In this document: positions 47,129 to 56,785 of the stretch, one piece after another
How the letters are laid out: every line of letters starts with the position of its first letter
How positions within the stretch are numbered: position 1 is the stretch's first letter
Source of the DNA: a virus
Taxonomy: Duplodnaviria > Heunggongvirae > Uroviricota > Caudoviricetes
IMG/VR virus record: IMGVR_UViG_3300031417_000379
Length of the DNA: 64,000 nucleotides
Reading direction: 5' to 3' (one strand)
Translations under genes and position numbers: made by a program
Notes under the pieces: generated by a model
Told to the model about the DNA's origin: nothing
The model's database searches: none
The model's input: the letters and a program-made list of their open reading frames with translations, nothing else

Positions 47129-48355
47129 CTACTTAGTAACGCCGGCGAGCATCGGGCGGAACTGCACCCAATCCTCAGAGAAGTTCGACTTAAGCTGGTC
47201 CGAAGCGGTGACAATTCCTTCTGCGGTCGGCGCCACATCGTGATAGAACACATCAGACGCGATAGCCTGGTGCTCGAACGGCGAATAGTGCTTTAGCTTG
47301 AGAAGGCGTTCTCCTAGCTCCGAAGTTCCGGTAGAGCGAACAGACTTCGACTTGTCGTTATAGGAGACCTGAGCCGCCTCCGCAGAAGACTGTAGCAGAA
47401 TCGGACGAAGATCCTCAAAGTTGTGTGACTCCGGAATCGTCTTTCGGTCAACGAACGGAGCGTGGATCCAGCTATCAGTAGGAGCCGATACCTTGAGACC
47501 TTCGCGGATTAGTACTGCGATGGCCTTGATCTCAGGCTGAGCCTCTTCAGCGTCACGAAGCTCAAGCATGTTCCCCCAGTATGAAGAGGTGATGACTTCT
47601 TCGAACTCGGTGTGAGCCTCAATAAGCCGGTTGAAGTTCTGCTTGTGAGCGGAAAGGTAACCCTCCTTAGGATTACCCTCGCTGTCGTAGCCGTTCGCGT
47701 AGTAGTCGTCTAGAAGCTCCTGGTAAGAAGCAGCTACCTCGGTGTCGGTCTTCCCTTCCCGAATGCGCGGGTGGATAAGCATCGACAGAACCGAAGTCAC
47801 ATCCTTGTCGCGCGCTAGGAGCCATTCCTTAGTGAGCGCCTCACGAGTCTCAGGGTCAGCGAACTTCCCGCCCATACCCTTCTGGTTGACGGTGAAGAGC
47901 GGGATCACCGGCGTCTCCATCACATCGCGCAGTGTCGCCTTTACAGAGCGGGCACGTGACGATGCAGCGTTACGCGAGATCACACGGTGACGGAGGAACT
48001 CAGCGTGTACGTAGCGTGGATAACGAGCTACAAAAGTGGTGAGGCGACGGCCACCGCGTACGAATGCTGAGTCAGCAAAGTTACCCTCATGCTCCGTAAG
48101 AGTCGGGGCGCCGTGGTGAGTGTCAGCGATCACAAGAAGCGAATAGTTCTTCAGCATCGGATCGTTGTAGCTGAGCTTGAGAACCTTCTCTTCCTGGAAC
48201 GGAAGGCTGACTTCCTCGATGACCACCGAGGTGAAGTCTGGTTCGTACATGCGTTTCTCTCTTCCTGAAGTCTTCATCGTTGCTGGGGCGGGTTCTAGGG
48301 AGAAAGAGCTCTCACCCTCGCTGCGCGGGGAGTCAGCGAGGGTGAGAGAGACCAT
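47129..48355 (-). CDS. ThyX-like (flavin-dependent thymidylate synthase family) protein, divergent and unusually long (tentative)
   Basis: RHRVISRNAAS fits the ThyX RHR-x7-S signature; 408 aa vs ~250 typical. Confidence 0.4.
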   Translation of the reverse strand: MVSLTLADSPRSEGESSFSLEPAPATMKTSGREKRMYEPDFTSVVIEEVSLPFQEEKVLKLSYNDPMLKNYSLLVIADTHHGAPTLTEHEGNFADSAFVRGGRRLTTFVARYPRYVHAEFLRHRVISRNAASSRARSVKATLRDVMETPVIPLFTVNQKGMGGKFADPETREALTKEWLLARDKDVTSVLSMLIHPRIREGKTDTEVAASYQELLDDYYANGYDSEGNPKEGYLSAHKQNFNRLIEAHTEFEEVITSSYWGNMLELRDAEEAQPEIKAIAVLIREGLKVSAPTDSWIHAPFVDRKTIPESHNFEDLRPILLQSSAEAAQVSYNDKSKSVRSTGTSELGERLLKLKHYSPFEHQAIASDVFYHDVAPTAEGIVTASDQLKSNFSEDWVQFRPMLAGVTK

Positions 48356-48437
48356 TTACGATCTTGCCTTTCGAAGCCTAAAGCCCATGGTAATCTACCA
48401 ATAAGCTAAAGGGACTATCGACTTAGGCTCCTAAGAG

Positions 48438-50909
48438 CTACGCCGCTTTGGCGTTTCTCTTCGTCTTGATCTCTTTGGCGAGCCGGCGGAGCGCGGACTT
48501 GGCCATAGATGACTTAGAAAGATCGTAGCTTGCGCTAGTCGTAAGCAGAGTACGCAGGACGCTCCGATCGAAATCCTTGGCATTCTCACGACTGAGCTCG
48601 CGTGTGAGGTGCTCTAGATCCATAAGAGCCTTTAGTGCTCCTTCACCGTAGCGTGCAACAAAGACCGGCCGTGTCTCTTCGGCCGCCGCGCTTGTGTAGG
48701 GCGAGCCATCGTAGGTGATGTAGGCGTCGAAAATCGTGAGTAGATCACTGTCGTCCTGATCGAGATATGGCTTTACCTCGGCTAGTACGGTCTTGTTCAC
48801 GCCACGATAGCTGAAGGCAAGCTGGCTTCTAATCAGCTGCTCAAGCGTGAGGCTTTCGAGAGTTGTCTTAAGAGCAGAAGCGCTGTAACAGCGATCCTTG
48901 GCCAACTCCTTGAGCGAAGTAGCAGTAAGCGGGTAGCTCGTGTTGAAGTAGAACCGCTCACGATACTCAAGAAGCTGACTAGCCTCTGCACCGGTGAGCT
49001 TGTACTTATAGATTACAACGCTACGACCCGAAACGTCCACACCGGCGTTCTTCATACCGTAGTAAGTATTCTTCCAACCGTCACCCACAAGGATAATAGC
49101 ATCAGTGTCCAGCACGTCCTGGAAGCACATAAGCTCGGACGACCTATTCATTTCATGGCTGCCGAGTTCTTCGATCTTGTTTGGGTCCGCCAGCTTTTCA
49201 GTCTTTAGAGTCCAGAACTCACGACGCCCGGTGAGAATCTCCTGGTCACGGTGCTTGCGCTGAGTCGAGCGCTTCGCCTTCTCGAGATCGATGTCAGGCT
49301 TCACAAGCTCGAAAAGTTCCTTAGCTGTGTAGTGAAGGATACTTTCCTCGCCGAGGAAGATGTTTGCATACCGCAGATCTTCCTGGTTGACACGGTTCTT
49401 TGCTTGCTTAGTGAAGGTGAAGATCCAGGAGGAACGCGCGCCGGCGAAGATAGCGTCGCGCTGTCGAAGAACCTTCCTCATGTCAGCGTCCGAGCAAGAA
49501 TAGACCATCACGACGGTCTTGTCCTTACCCATAAGCTCTTTACCCAGGTGGCCGACCGAGAGGTCCGGAGCGTCCTCATCATAACGCTTGCTAATCACAC
49601 TCATAGTAGAGGTGACGCTGATGTCTAGATCACCCTTGCGGTAGCTTTCGTGCCAGTAAGCAAAGCCGCCTCGAGTGTAGTGATCCTGATTCTTACTAAG
49701 AGCAAGACGAACACTCTTTAAGCTTTCGAAGTCCTTTACGGCGCTTACGACGAGCGGATTAAACCCGAACTTTGAGTCGAGGAGCGAAATGGGATACTCG
49801 TGATTTGCAAAGAGCACCTTATCGCCGGCCACTACGTCGAAGACACGATCAGCCTTGGCCATAAGCTCGCTGAGCTGCTGCCGACTAAAGTTTCGTACCT
49901 GTGCAAACGTCGCCTTAGCGATCTCAGGCTGAGCGAGAGCTGTCACAACTCGTGAAGTAAGCATGTGATGCTTCTGATCATGGGTGATGGAGTCCCGCGA
50001 TGAGTCAAAGTTAACGAGTGCCGGAACAATCTCCACCACGACGTTAGGAGCTAAGTCGATGGCGGTGCTTCCATCACCACGATAAAGCCAACCGGAAAGC
50101 GAGAAGCTCAGGTCACCGTCACCAACAGAGCTGGAGTAGTACCGATCCTTGCCGACACGGCTAAAGTATGAGCTAACCCAGGACTTACGGATGAACACTC
50201 GCCCGGTGATCTCTCCATCCTCGTCAGCGTAGATCACCGCATCGCCAGCAAAGTAATAGTCCAAGTTCGTGCCAGAGATCTCGCCGTCCACCATCACCGG
50301 AAGGAGTCGACTGTGAAGCTGATAGACGCTCACCGCCTCCTTGAAGCGGTAGATGTCCTGAGCCTGAACCGGGATACGAACTGTGGTGCCTGCTTCAGCG
50401 CCGGTGCGCCCAGACGAACGAATCGTGGTGCGAGTTTCACCTCCGGATCGAGCCATTACGAACTCCGTGGTGACGCCGGCGTGCGTGGTAGTGACCTCGA
50501 AAGAATCAGTGTAGGCTAGCGGCGACTTACCTCCGAGACCGTATGAGCCGATGGCCTTCAAGTCGTTGGTCTTCGTCGTCGCACCGTAGTCAGCAAAGAC
50601 ACTCCGTACGGTCTGAAGACTCATGCCGATGCCGTAGTCCTTCACCGTGAAGTACGCCTCAAGCTCAGTCGGAAGAGTGAGCTCAACCGGCTTCCTCTGA
50701 TCCTCAGGAAGAGCGACGGTAGCATCCGTAGCATTGCTGACGGTTTCTCGAACTGTGGCCTTCACGGGGTCAACATAAAGCTTTGTAAGACGATCGATCA
50801 CGTGAGACATGTTCGCCTTGTTGATGCTCGCCTTGATCTCTTCAGATCCCACCGCAGGAAGCAGAGTGGTTACGCTGGGGGCAGTGGTGTCAGTCTTCGT
50901 CAACGCCAT
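48438..50909 (-). CDS. HSP90-like GHKL-ATPase domain protein (823 aa)
   Basis: ETVSNATDA (cf. HSP90 ELISNASDA) and YGIGMS..GATTKT (cf. DTGIGMT..GTIAKSGT) ATP-lid motifs near the N-terminus. Confidence 0.5.
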   Translation of the reverse strand: MALTKTDTTAPSVTTLLPAVGSEEIKASINKANMSHVIDRLTKLYVDPVKATVRETVSNATDATVALPEDQRKPVELTLPTELEAYFTVKDYGIGMSLQTVRSVFADYGATTKTNDLKAIGSYGLGGKSPLAYTDSFEVTTTHAGVTTEFVMARSGGETRTTIRSSGRTGAEAGTTVRIPVQAQDIYRFKEAVSVYQLHSRLLPVMVDGEISGTNLDYYFAGDAVIYADEDGEITGRVFIRKSWVSSYFSRVGKDRYYSSSVGDGDLSFSLSGWLYRGDGSTAIDLAPNVVVEIVPALVNFDSSRDSITHDQKHHMLTSRVVTALAQPEIAKATFAQVRNFSRQQLSELMAKADRVFDVVAGDKVLFANHEYPISLLDSKFGFNPLVVSAVKDFESLKSVRLALSKNQDHYTRGGFAYWHESYRKGDLDISVTSTMSVISKRYDEDAPDLSVGHLGKELMGKDKTVVMVYSCSDADMRKVLRQRDAIFAGARSSWIFTFTKQAKNRVNQEDLRYANIFLGEESILHYTAKELFELVKPDIDLEKAKRSTQRKHRDQEILTGRREFWTLKTEKLADPNKIEELGSHEMNRSSELMCFQDVLDTDAIILVGDGWKNTYYGMKNAGVDVSGRSVVIYKYKLTGAEASQLLEYRERFYFNTSYPLTATSLKELAKDRCYSASALKTTLESLTLEQLIRSQLAFSYRGVNKTVLAEVKPYLDQDDSDLLTIFDAYITYDGSPYTSAAAEETRPVFVARYGEGALKALMDLEHLTRELSRENAKDFDRSVLRTLLTTSASYDLSKSSMAKSALRRLAKEIKTKRNAKAA

Positions 50910-50947
50910 GGGCTAGTCCTTTCGACTCTCCCAAACTACCAGGCTTT

Positions 50948-52597
50948 CTAGGCTACGTCAACCGCTTCGAACTGCTTGTGCAGATAGCGACGAACGAAAA
51001 TCTCAAGCTCTTGAGCAGGCGGAGTGGCGAGCTCTTTGTGCTTAGGAAGCTCCATTTCAGAATCAGGAGTGTAGACCTCGCCGGTGTGAAGATTCGAGAT
51101 AAGCTTTGTAAAGCGATCGTAGACAAGTACAGTGCTCTTACCAGTTTCAGCTTTGTTGAGATTCCACTGATGCTTAAGAGCCCCAGTGAGTGGGCGGTGA
51201 ATATAGCCAGAGGTTACCGTGTACGTCGGCGCCATACCGGTGCGCTGGCGGTCAACGAGCGAGATAATACGCTTCTCTCGGAGAAGTCGAGTGGCGGCTG
51301 AAACGCGGCTTGGCGTAAGTTCGAGAGCTTCAGCCACCGGTTTAATAGCCAACACGACTCGAGAAGCACCAACGTTAAGAAGCGGCTGGAAAACAGCATC
51401 CAGAATGAGAACAGCATCGCGCATAACCTGAGGGATCTTCTTACGCTTGTGTGCGTCAAGACGAAGAAGAACACGCTCAATATGTACTACTCGAGGATCG
51501 CGGCGATGCCAGCTCATAGCGAGAGTACGCTCACGGATCTTGCGGCGATTCTCCTCAATCACAGATTCGAGTGATCGTGGTGACTGTTCAGCCACCTCAC
51601 GACGACCTACTGGACAGTAAACAGTGTGCTCCGTGTTCGGATGATTCTCTCGGAAACGACGTACGTCCTCGATGATCTGCCAAAGTGAGATTCTCTTGCT
51701 CGTGTAGGAGTCTCGATCGATCTCAAGCTCAAGACACGCTATAGCAATGGTGTAATCACTGTAACAGCACTGAAGAGCGGCCGTTACGAAAGCTCGACGA
51801 CGGTAGTACTCGATGTCAGGGCTACGCTTTAGCTTCTTTCGCAGTCCGGCTCGGAGCAAGATCACTACGCCGGCATCCGGCTTCGTCTCCACAAGGTGGA
51901 CCGGTATCTGTTTAGGAGCTTTCGGTTCACGTGAAAGCTTTCGCTCTTTTTGAGAAACTCTTAGCTCACCTAAGATACGTGCAGCGTTTGGCGAGATCTC
52001 TTCAAGCTGACTAAAGTCCCCAGAACGCAAGATTTCACGCGAGCGCCCTTGAAGGATGTAGGAACCAGGAGTCGGATAGGCGGCACCGTCCTTCATCTGT
52101 GAGACGTAAGAACCTGGCCCGACTACGTATCCTGCAGCGTCCGAGGAGCGAATGTCAGCGTCGATCAGCGGGGCTACCTCGTCACCGATGAGTTCTGCAA
52201 GCTTTTTAGCGTAAGGGCGTAATGATCCGTTAAAGATGGTGCCTCCGCCGGGAATACGGAGATAGTAGTGACGCCCACCAGAAGGCGACTTCACTGAAAG
52301 TGTCTCTGACAGAGTGACACCGAGGAAGCGCTCAAAGAACTCTTCCGAAGCTTTTAACGGTGCTTTGTGGATGTCAATGTCAAGTACGAAGAAGTCTGAG
52401 CTTGGAATGACGCCGTAGTTACCTGACTTCGGGACTTCGGTTACTCGAGCTCTAGCCTTACGGCCCTCTTTGAGCCGGTAAGTGCCGGTTGGCTCTTTGG
52501 TCCCTTCCTTAAGCGTGACGTAGTTTGCACGCTCGCCGAGAATCCGAGTCAGTTGTTCTCGTGTTGCTGCGGAAAGATCCGGTGTAGCCAAAAGCAC
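50948..52597 (-). CDS. Prim-Pol-like replication protein with C-terminal HTH
   Basis: NYGVIPSSDFFVLDIDIHK resembles the bifunctional primase-polymerase (RepB'-like) catalytic motif; C-terminal wHTH-like segment. Confidence 0.55.
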   Translation of the reverse strand: MLLATPDLSAATREQLTRILGERANYVTLKEGTKEPTGTYRLKEGRKARARVTEVPKSGNYGVIPSSDFFVLDIDIHKAPLKASEEFFERFLGVTLSETLSVKSPSGGRHYYLRIPGGGTIFNGSLRPYAKKLAELIGDEVAPLIDADIRSSDAAGYVVGPGSYVSQMKDGAAYPTPGSYILQGRSREILRSGDFSQLEEISPNAARILGELRVSQKERKLSREPKAPKQIPVHLVETKPDAGVVILLRAGLRKKLKRSPDIEYYRRRAFVTAALQCCYSDYTIAIACLELEIDRDSYTSKRISLWQIIEDVRRFRENHPNTEHTVYCPVGRREVAEQSPRSLESVIEENRRKIRERTLAMSWHRRDPRVVHIERVLLRLDAHKRKKIPQVMRDAVLILDAVFQPLLNVGASRVVLAIKPVAEALELTPSRVSAATRLLREKRIISLVDRQRTGMAPTYTVTSGYIHRPLTGALKHQWNLNKAETGKSTVLVYDRFTKLISNLHTGEVYTPDSEMELPKHKELATPPAQELEIFVRRYLHKQFEAVDVA

Positions 52598-52748
52598 CTC
52601 CTATGCCAGGTATCTTCTAACAGGTTTAGCGACGATAGTGAAGACGCTGTAGCTGCGATTCTAAGCCGAGTAGTAAGTGGCTTGATGCGTTTGTCGAGCG
52701 AACGACGAAGGCCTCTTAGTCTGACAGCTACGGCTGCTTAGTAAAAGG

Positions 52749-53561
52749 TTAGCGCTTTACCTGGATACTCTCGATGTAAACCTGTCGATCCTTAGGAAGC
52801 GAGGTAAGCCGTTCGTCACCGAGACCGAGCTCAAGGGAGGTGATAATCTGCCCCTTGACCTCTACCTTTGAGCCGTACTGATAGTATCGAAGTTTCTCAG
52901 CCGACTTATACACTGAGTCACTGGCCACGAGCGCGCGACCCTCAGGATTATTCAAGCTTCCACCACCGGTGAGCTGATCGAACGGAAGACCTTCGGGGGC
53001 AGTGATCCAGGAAGGGTAAAGCTCTCTAGCAGGATGTGCCCAGATCGGGTTCGCCGAGTAGTTCGGGCCGGAGCCTAGAGCGTATGAGGGGCCCTGGAAA
53101 AGAGTTCTCGCGTAGCGCTCGTTGAGTAAAGCGGCGGTTTCGTCCGCTGTTTCTGGACGACCGAGCTCGAGCCATTCGCCGTAAGTGAGCCCTCCGTGAG
53201 TGAGTAACCTTCCACGTACAGCTACAGCGGTGAGGGCAGGGTCTTCTCCCATCCAAAGATCGCGAAGAAGAGCTTTCGAGTTAGAGTTTGTCCAGGTGTC
53301 TGGACTTGTGAGCGCTACGAGCTCATTCGGTCCGATGAGCTGATGCCACTTGGAAAGCTTTCGACGGCGTTCGATGCTTTTAAGAAGGATCATGTTTCCG
53401 CCGGACTGAAAGTTATCCGCCGCGTAATCCGAGAGCCCCACGATGTTCCCGAACTGGTAAACCTCATCAGCTACTGCTGACTCCTTATCCAGAAGATGGC
53501 GCCAAACCGTCACCTGCCCTTGGACGGAGGGGAGGTAAAGCGCTCTAATAATCTTCGGCAA
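52749..53561 (-). CDS. hypothetical protein (possible degenerate metallophosphoesterase-like)
   Basis: 270 aa; LLTHGGL could be an HGG-type motif but other phosphoesterase motifs are not clear. Confidence 0.7.
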   Translation of the reverse strand: MPKIIRALYLPSVQGQVTVWRHLLDKESAVADEVYQFGNIVGLSDYAADNFQSGGNMILLKSIERRRKLSKWHQLIGPNELVALTSPDTWTNSNSKALLRDLWMGEDPALTAVAVRGRLLTHGGLTYGEWLELGRPETADETAALLNERYARTLFQGPSYALGSGPNYSANPIWAHPARELYPSWITAPEGLPFDQLTGGGSLNNPEGRALVASDSVYKSAEKLRYYQYGSKVEVKGQIITSLELGLGDERLTSLPKDRQVYIESIQVKR

Positions 53562-53594
53562 GTCTTCGTCTTTCGTTTGTGCGGGCTACGATGA

Positions 53595-53918
53595 CTATCG
53601 CTCTATCGGGAGCCAGGTAAGCACCTCGATACGCTCGTCGAGATCTCCGAACGGAAGCTCCTCCACCGCTAATTTGAAGACCGGAGCGTGCTTCTTCCAA
53701 ATCTCGTGCCAGGTGACGTAGTACTCTACCGGCTCCCATTCCCCACTCTCTTTTAACTGGCGGTGGAACCAAACGCCATCACGCTCTTGCAGGAGAATCG
53801 TGTGTGGTGTCCTGTAGCGCTGTACAGACATGAGAAGCTCTCCCCCGATGGGAGCTTCGGACGGACCGATCTCCTCAGAGTTTTCAAGCATGAGCTTTTC
53901 GATAACAGCGCTATCCAT
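53595..53918 (-). CDS. hypothetical protein
   Basis: 107-aa ORF; its start codon at 53918 overlaps the stop of the upstream nucleotidyltransferase gene by 1 nt. Confidence 0.6.
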   Translation of the reverse strand: MDSAVIEKLMLENSEEIGPSEAPIGGELLMSVQRYRTPHTILLQERDGVWFHRQLKESGEWEPVEYYVTWHEIWKKHAPVFKLAVEELPFGDLDERIEVLTWLPIER

Positions 53919-54733
53919 CAGTCAACCTCTTTAGCAAGCTCCGTCACAAAGTCGTAGACGTTGTTGACATCCTTATAGCGCCGGTTAAGCACCGGCAGTT
54001 GACGGTAGAAAGCTTCACGCTCCTCATCAGTAAACTCAGGTCGAACACGCTCTTCACGCTGGAAACGATTAGCCAGGATCTCATTACGCAGCGCAGTCTT
54101 CAAGAACTTCATAGCCCGAGGTGAATCATCGCCTCGCTTTTCTGCGCCGTCAGCGAACTTTGAGCTAAGAGAGTGGAGTCTAGTGAGATACTCATACTCG
54201 TTGAAACGAAGATCCGCTAGATACGGCGCCCATTCCTCTTCGTCGCCGGAGAGGTTAAATCCTCGAGAATGATAGGTGTCCACGTTGAAGTGGATTCCTT
54301 TCATGTACTCCTCAGCAAAGACGTAGACTGAAGAGACCCGAACATCTCTGACCTCACCGACCTGAGCAAAGTCCTTGCTAGCCTTACGATCAGTGATGAG
54401 AAAGAGATCGTTGTCACTATCTGGATGATCCAGATTGTAGCTTACGGAGCCGAACTGTGCATGACCAACAAGCTCGCCCTTCAGGATACGCTTGTGAGGA
54501 TTCTCAGTTCGAAGATTCGAGAGAACCTCTAGCACTTCATCGGTAGTAGCAGGGACAATACCAGACTTAGCCGGAGCGAACGAACGCTTAAGAGCTTTCT
54601 GTTCAAAACGTTCAGCATAGGCAGCCTCTGCTTCGCCGAGCGTCTTGTGGTGTTCACCAGCTGCATAAGGGCAGTTACGGATTGACGCTGTACAAGGCTT
54701 TGGACCGTCGTCTGTAAGATGGTACATCAGCAA
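53918..54733 (-). CDS. HCCH module fused to Pol-beta-superfamily nucleotidyltransferase domain
   Basis: N-terminal YHLTDDGPKPCTASIRNCPYAAGEHH module; NTase signature GSVSYNLDHPDSDNDLFLI (GS-x9-D-x-D). Confidence 0.7.
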   Translation of the reverse strand: MLMYHLTDDGPKPCTASIRNCPYAAGEHHKTLGEAEAAYAERFEQKALKRSFAPAKSGIVPATTDEVLEVLSNLRTENPHKRILKGELVGHAQFGSVSYNLDHPDSDNDLFLITDRKASKDFAQVGEVRDVRVSSVYVFAEEYMKGIHFNVDTYHSRGFNLSGDEEEWAPYLADLRFNEYEYLTRLHSLSSKFADGAEKRGDDSPRAMKFLKTALRNEILANRFQREERVRPEFTDEEREAFYRQLPVLNRRYKDVNNVYDFVTELAKEVD

Positions 54734-54736
54734 TCC

Positions 54737-55681
54737 TTAATGCGAAGCTTTAGTCTTCTTCTCGAAGAGACCGATGAGCGGGTGGATGCTGTAGAAGAGA
54801 ACCACACCGAGAACAGCGCCGAAGAGTGTCGATGCAGCGGTGTCACCAAGCCAGCCCAGTACAGGGTGAAAGTGGTGGAAGAACTCTTCGACATGATGAA
54901 GACTATCGGAGAAGATGCCTACTCCGATGTCACCAAGCGACTTCCAAACCAGGTGACCGCCGACCCAGAGCATAGCGAGAGTACCGACCACGGTGAGGAA
55001 AGTGAATACACCGGGCATGGTCTTTACGATGCTGAGACCGAAGAGGCGAAGGCTTCGACGCTCTGTACCACGAACAAGAGCGAGGCCGATGTCATCGAGC
55101 TTCACGAGAAGGGCGACAGCGCCGTAGACTGCGATGGTCATCACGAAACCGATGAGTAGGAGCATGAGAAGCTTCTTGATCCAGTTGTCCTCATCCACCG
55201 ATGAGAGCGCAATGAGCATGATCTCGGTGGAGAGAATTAGGTCTGTACGCACAGCCGAAGAGATCATGCTCTTTTCAAGATTCGTCCCTGCAGTAAGGTG
55301 ACCATCCTCGACGTGTTCCTTCACCAGCTTCAGCCACTCGAGAACCTTCTCAGCGCCTTCGAAGACCAGGTAAGAGCCACCGACCACGAGCAAGAATGGA
55401 AGTACCTGCGGCGCGAGCCAGGAGAGAATCATGGCGAGCGGGATGATGAAGAGGAACTTGTTACGAAAGCTTCCGAGAGCGATCTTGATGACCACGGTGA
55501 GCTCGCGCTTTGGGGAGATGCCCTGGACATATTGAGGAGCCACGGCGGTGTCGTCTACTATGACCCCTACGGTCTTTACGGAAGCCTTGCCGGCACCGAG
55601 AGCCACGTCATCGATACCGACAGCGGCTGACTTGGCGAGCAAGGCGATGTCGCGGAGGAGCAATGAGAAGCCAGAGGCCAT
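54737..55681 (-). CDS. DUF808/YedI-family inner-membrane protein
   Basis: N-terminus MASGFSLLLRDIALLAKSAAVGIDDV..KASVKTVGVIVDD and central FEGAEKVLEWL closely match the E. coli YedI pattern. Confidence 0.8.
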   Translation of the reverse strand: MASGFSLLLRDIALLAKSAAVGIDDVALGAGKASVKTVGVIVDDTAVAPQYVQGISPKRELTVVIKIALGSFRNKFLFIIPLAMILSWLAPQVLPFLLVVGGSYLVFEGAEKVLEWLKLVKEHVEDGHLTAGTNLEKSMISSAVRTDLILSTEIMLIALSSVDEDNWIKKLLMLLLIGFVMTIAVYGAVALLVKLDDIGLALVRGTERRSLRLFGLSIVKTMPGVFTFLTVVGTLAMLWVGGHLVWKSLGDIGVGIFSDSLHHVEEFFHHFHPVLGWLGDTAASTLFGAVLGVVLFYSIHPLIGLFEKKTKASH

Positions 55682-55732
55682 AAGAGTTTTAATCCTTAAG
55701 AGTTAACGAGGTTCGATCATATCACGCTTACA

Positions 55733-55768
55733 CTTCTGGGGCGACGCCCGAAAGCGTCGCCCCAGAAG
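55733..55768. terminator. 15-bp perfect-stem GC-rich hairpin (cttctggggcgacgc-ccgaaa-gcgtcgccccagaag)
   Basis: Immediately downstream of the 55786 stop on the minus strand. Confidence 0.6.
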
Positions 55769-55785
55769 GTCGTGGTAGCTCTAAC

Positions 55786-56748
55786 TCACTTAAAGGTGTA
55801 GATTGGCATACTGCGATCCGGAATCTCACCGAACGCCTCGCCGTCCACCTCGGTCTTAAGGCCGCCGACCATAGTCCAGCTGGAGCCTAATCTCGTTAGT
55901 GACTGGTCGTGCTGGAAAGCTGTAGTGGAGCCGATTGTATGCACATCGTCACCGCCGGTAGCCACAAGCTTGTATGCGTCGCGTCCAGTGTCAGTCTTAC
56001 CTTTCCAGACTTCTAAAGTAGCGACGTGTTCGTTGCCCTGGCGATCTTTGTAGTTCCACATTGTAAGGCCGTTAGACGAGTTCGCCATGTCCTTATGCGG
56101 GTTACCTCGTTTAGCGATCGGCAGGATCGAGTACGGACTATAGTAGTCAAAGGAAGTGGTGTGCGTCTGAGAAAGCTGACCGGTCTTTGAAGCATCAAGC
56201 TGACTGTTCGCGGGGAAGCCGGCTTTGCGGTTAGCAGCTTCTCGAACAGCCTTAGTGTCAACAGCTGGAGCAGCGGCAACCGGCGCAGCTACGATGTTCT
56301 CTGGGTTGTTGTAAGCCGTGTTGTAGTCCTCCACACTCATAAGCTCTTCACCAGAGTCTTTTACACGCTTCCAGGCGCCGCGGCCGTTGCGGAGGTCTGA
56401 TGGAGTGCCGCTTGTTTTAGCAGCCTTCCCGTTCTTAAAGACCTCCATTCCGCGAAGATCGTGGATGATAGCGATCTTGCCCTGCGTGTGAACGAAGACC
56501 TCATCATACTTCTCGATGCGACTACGGTAAAGCTCGATGTCAGGCCATGCGCCGCGAGCAGCTCGACCGTCCCCCTTTTGCTTTGAAACAGGAGCGTGAG
56601 CCTTAGTCGCCATGCTGTTTTCGTAGCTACTACGAGCAGCCTCGGCTGAAGTGAAGTGGTCGTCAGTGGAGCCGAACGGGCACTTACCTTTCTGGGCGCT
56701 ACAAGCCCCAGCTTCACCGGTGGCCGGGTTAACGTGGAACAAAGCCAT
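55786..56748 (-). CDS. HCCH-module protein (N-terminal), C-terminal domain unknown
   Basis: MALFHVNPATGEAGACSAQKGKCPFGSTDDHFTSAEAARSSYE module. Confidence 0.8.
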   Translation of the reverse strand: MALFHVNPATGEAGACSAQKGKCPFGSTDDHFTSAEAARSSYENSMATKAHAPVSKQKGDGRAARGAWPDIELYRSRIEKYDEVFVHTQGKIAIIHDLRGMEVFKNGKAAKTSGTPSDLRNGRGAWKRVKDSGEELMSVEDYNTAYNNPENIVAAPVAAAPAVDTKAVREAANRKAGFPANSQLDASKTGQLSQTHTTSFDYYSPYSILPIAKRGNPHKDMANSSNGLTMWNYKDRQGNEHVATLEVWKGKTDTGRDAYKLVATGGDDVHTIGSTTAFQHDQSLTRLGSSWTMVGGLKTEVDGEAFGEIPDRSMPIYTFK

Positions 56749-56785
56749 GAGTCCTCCTAGTCCTGACTATATCTAACGGCTCGGT

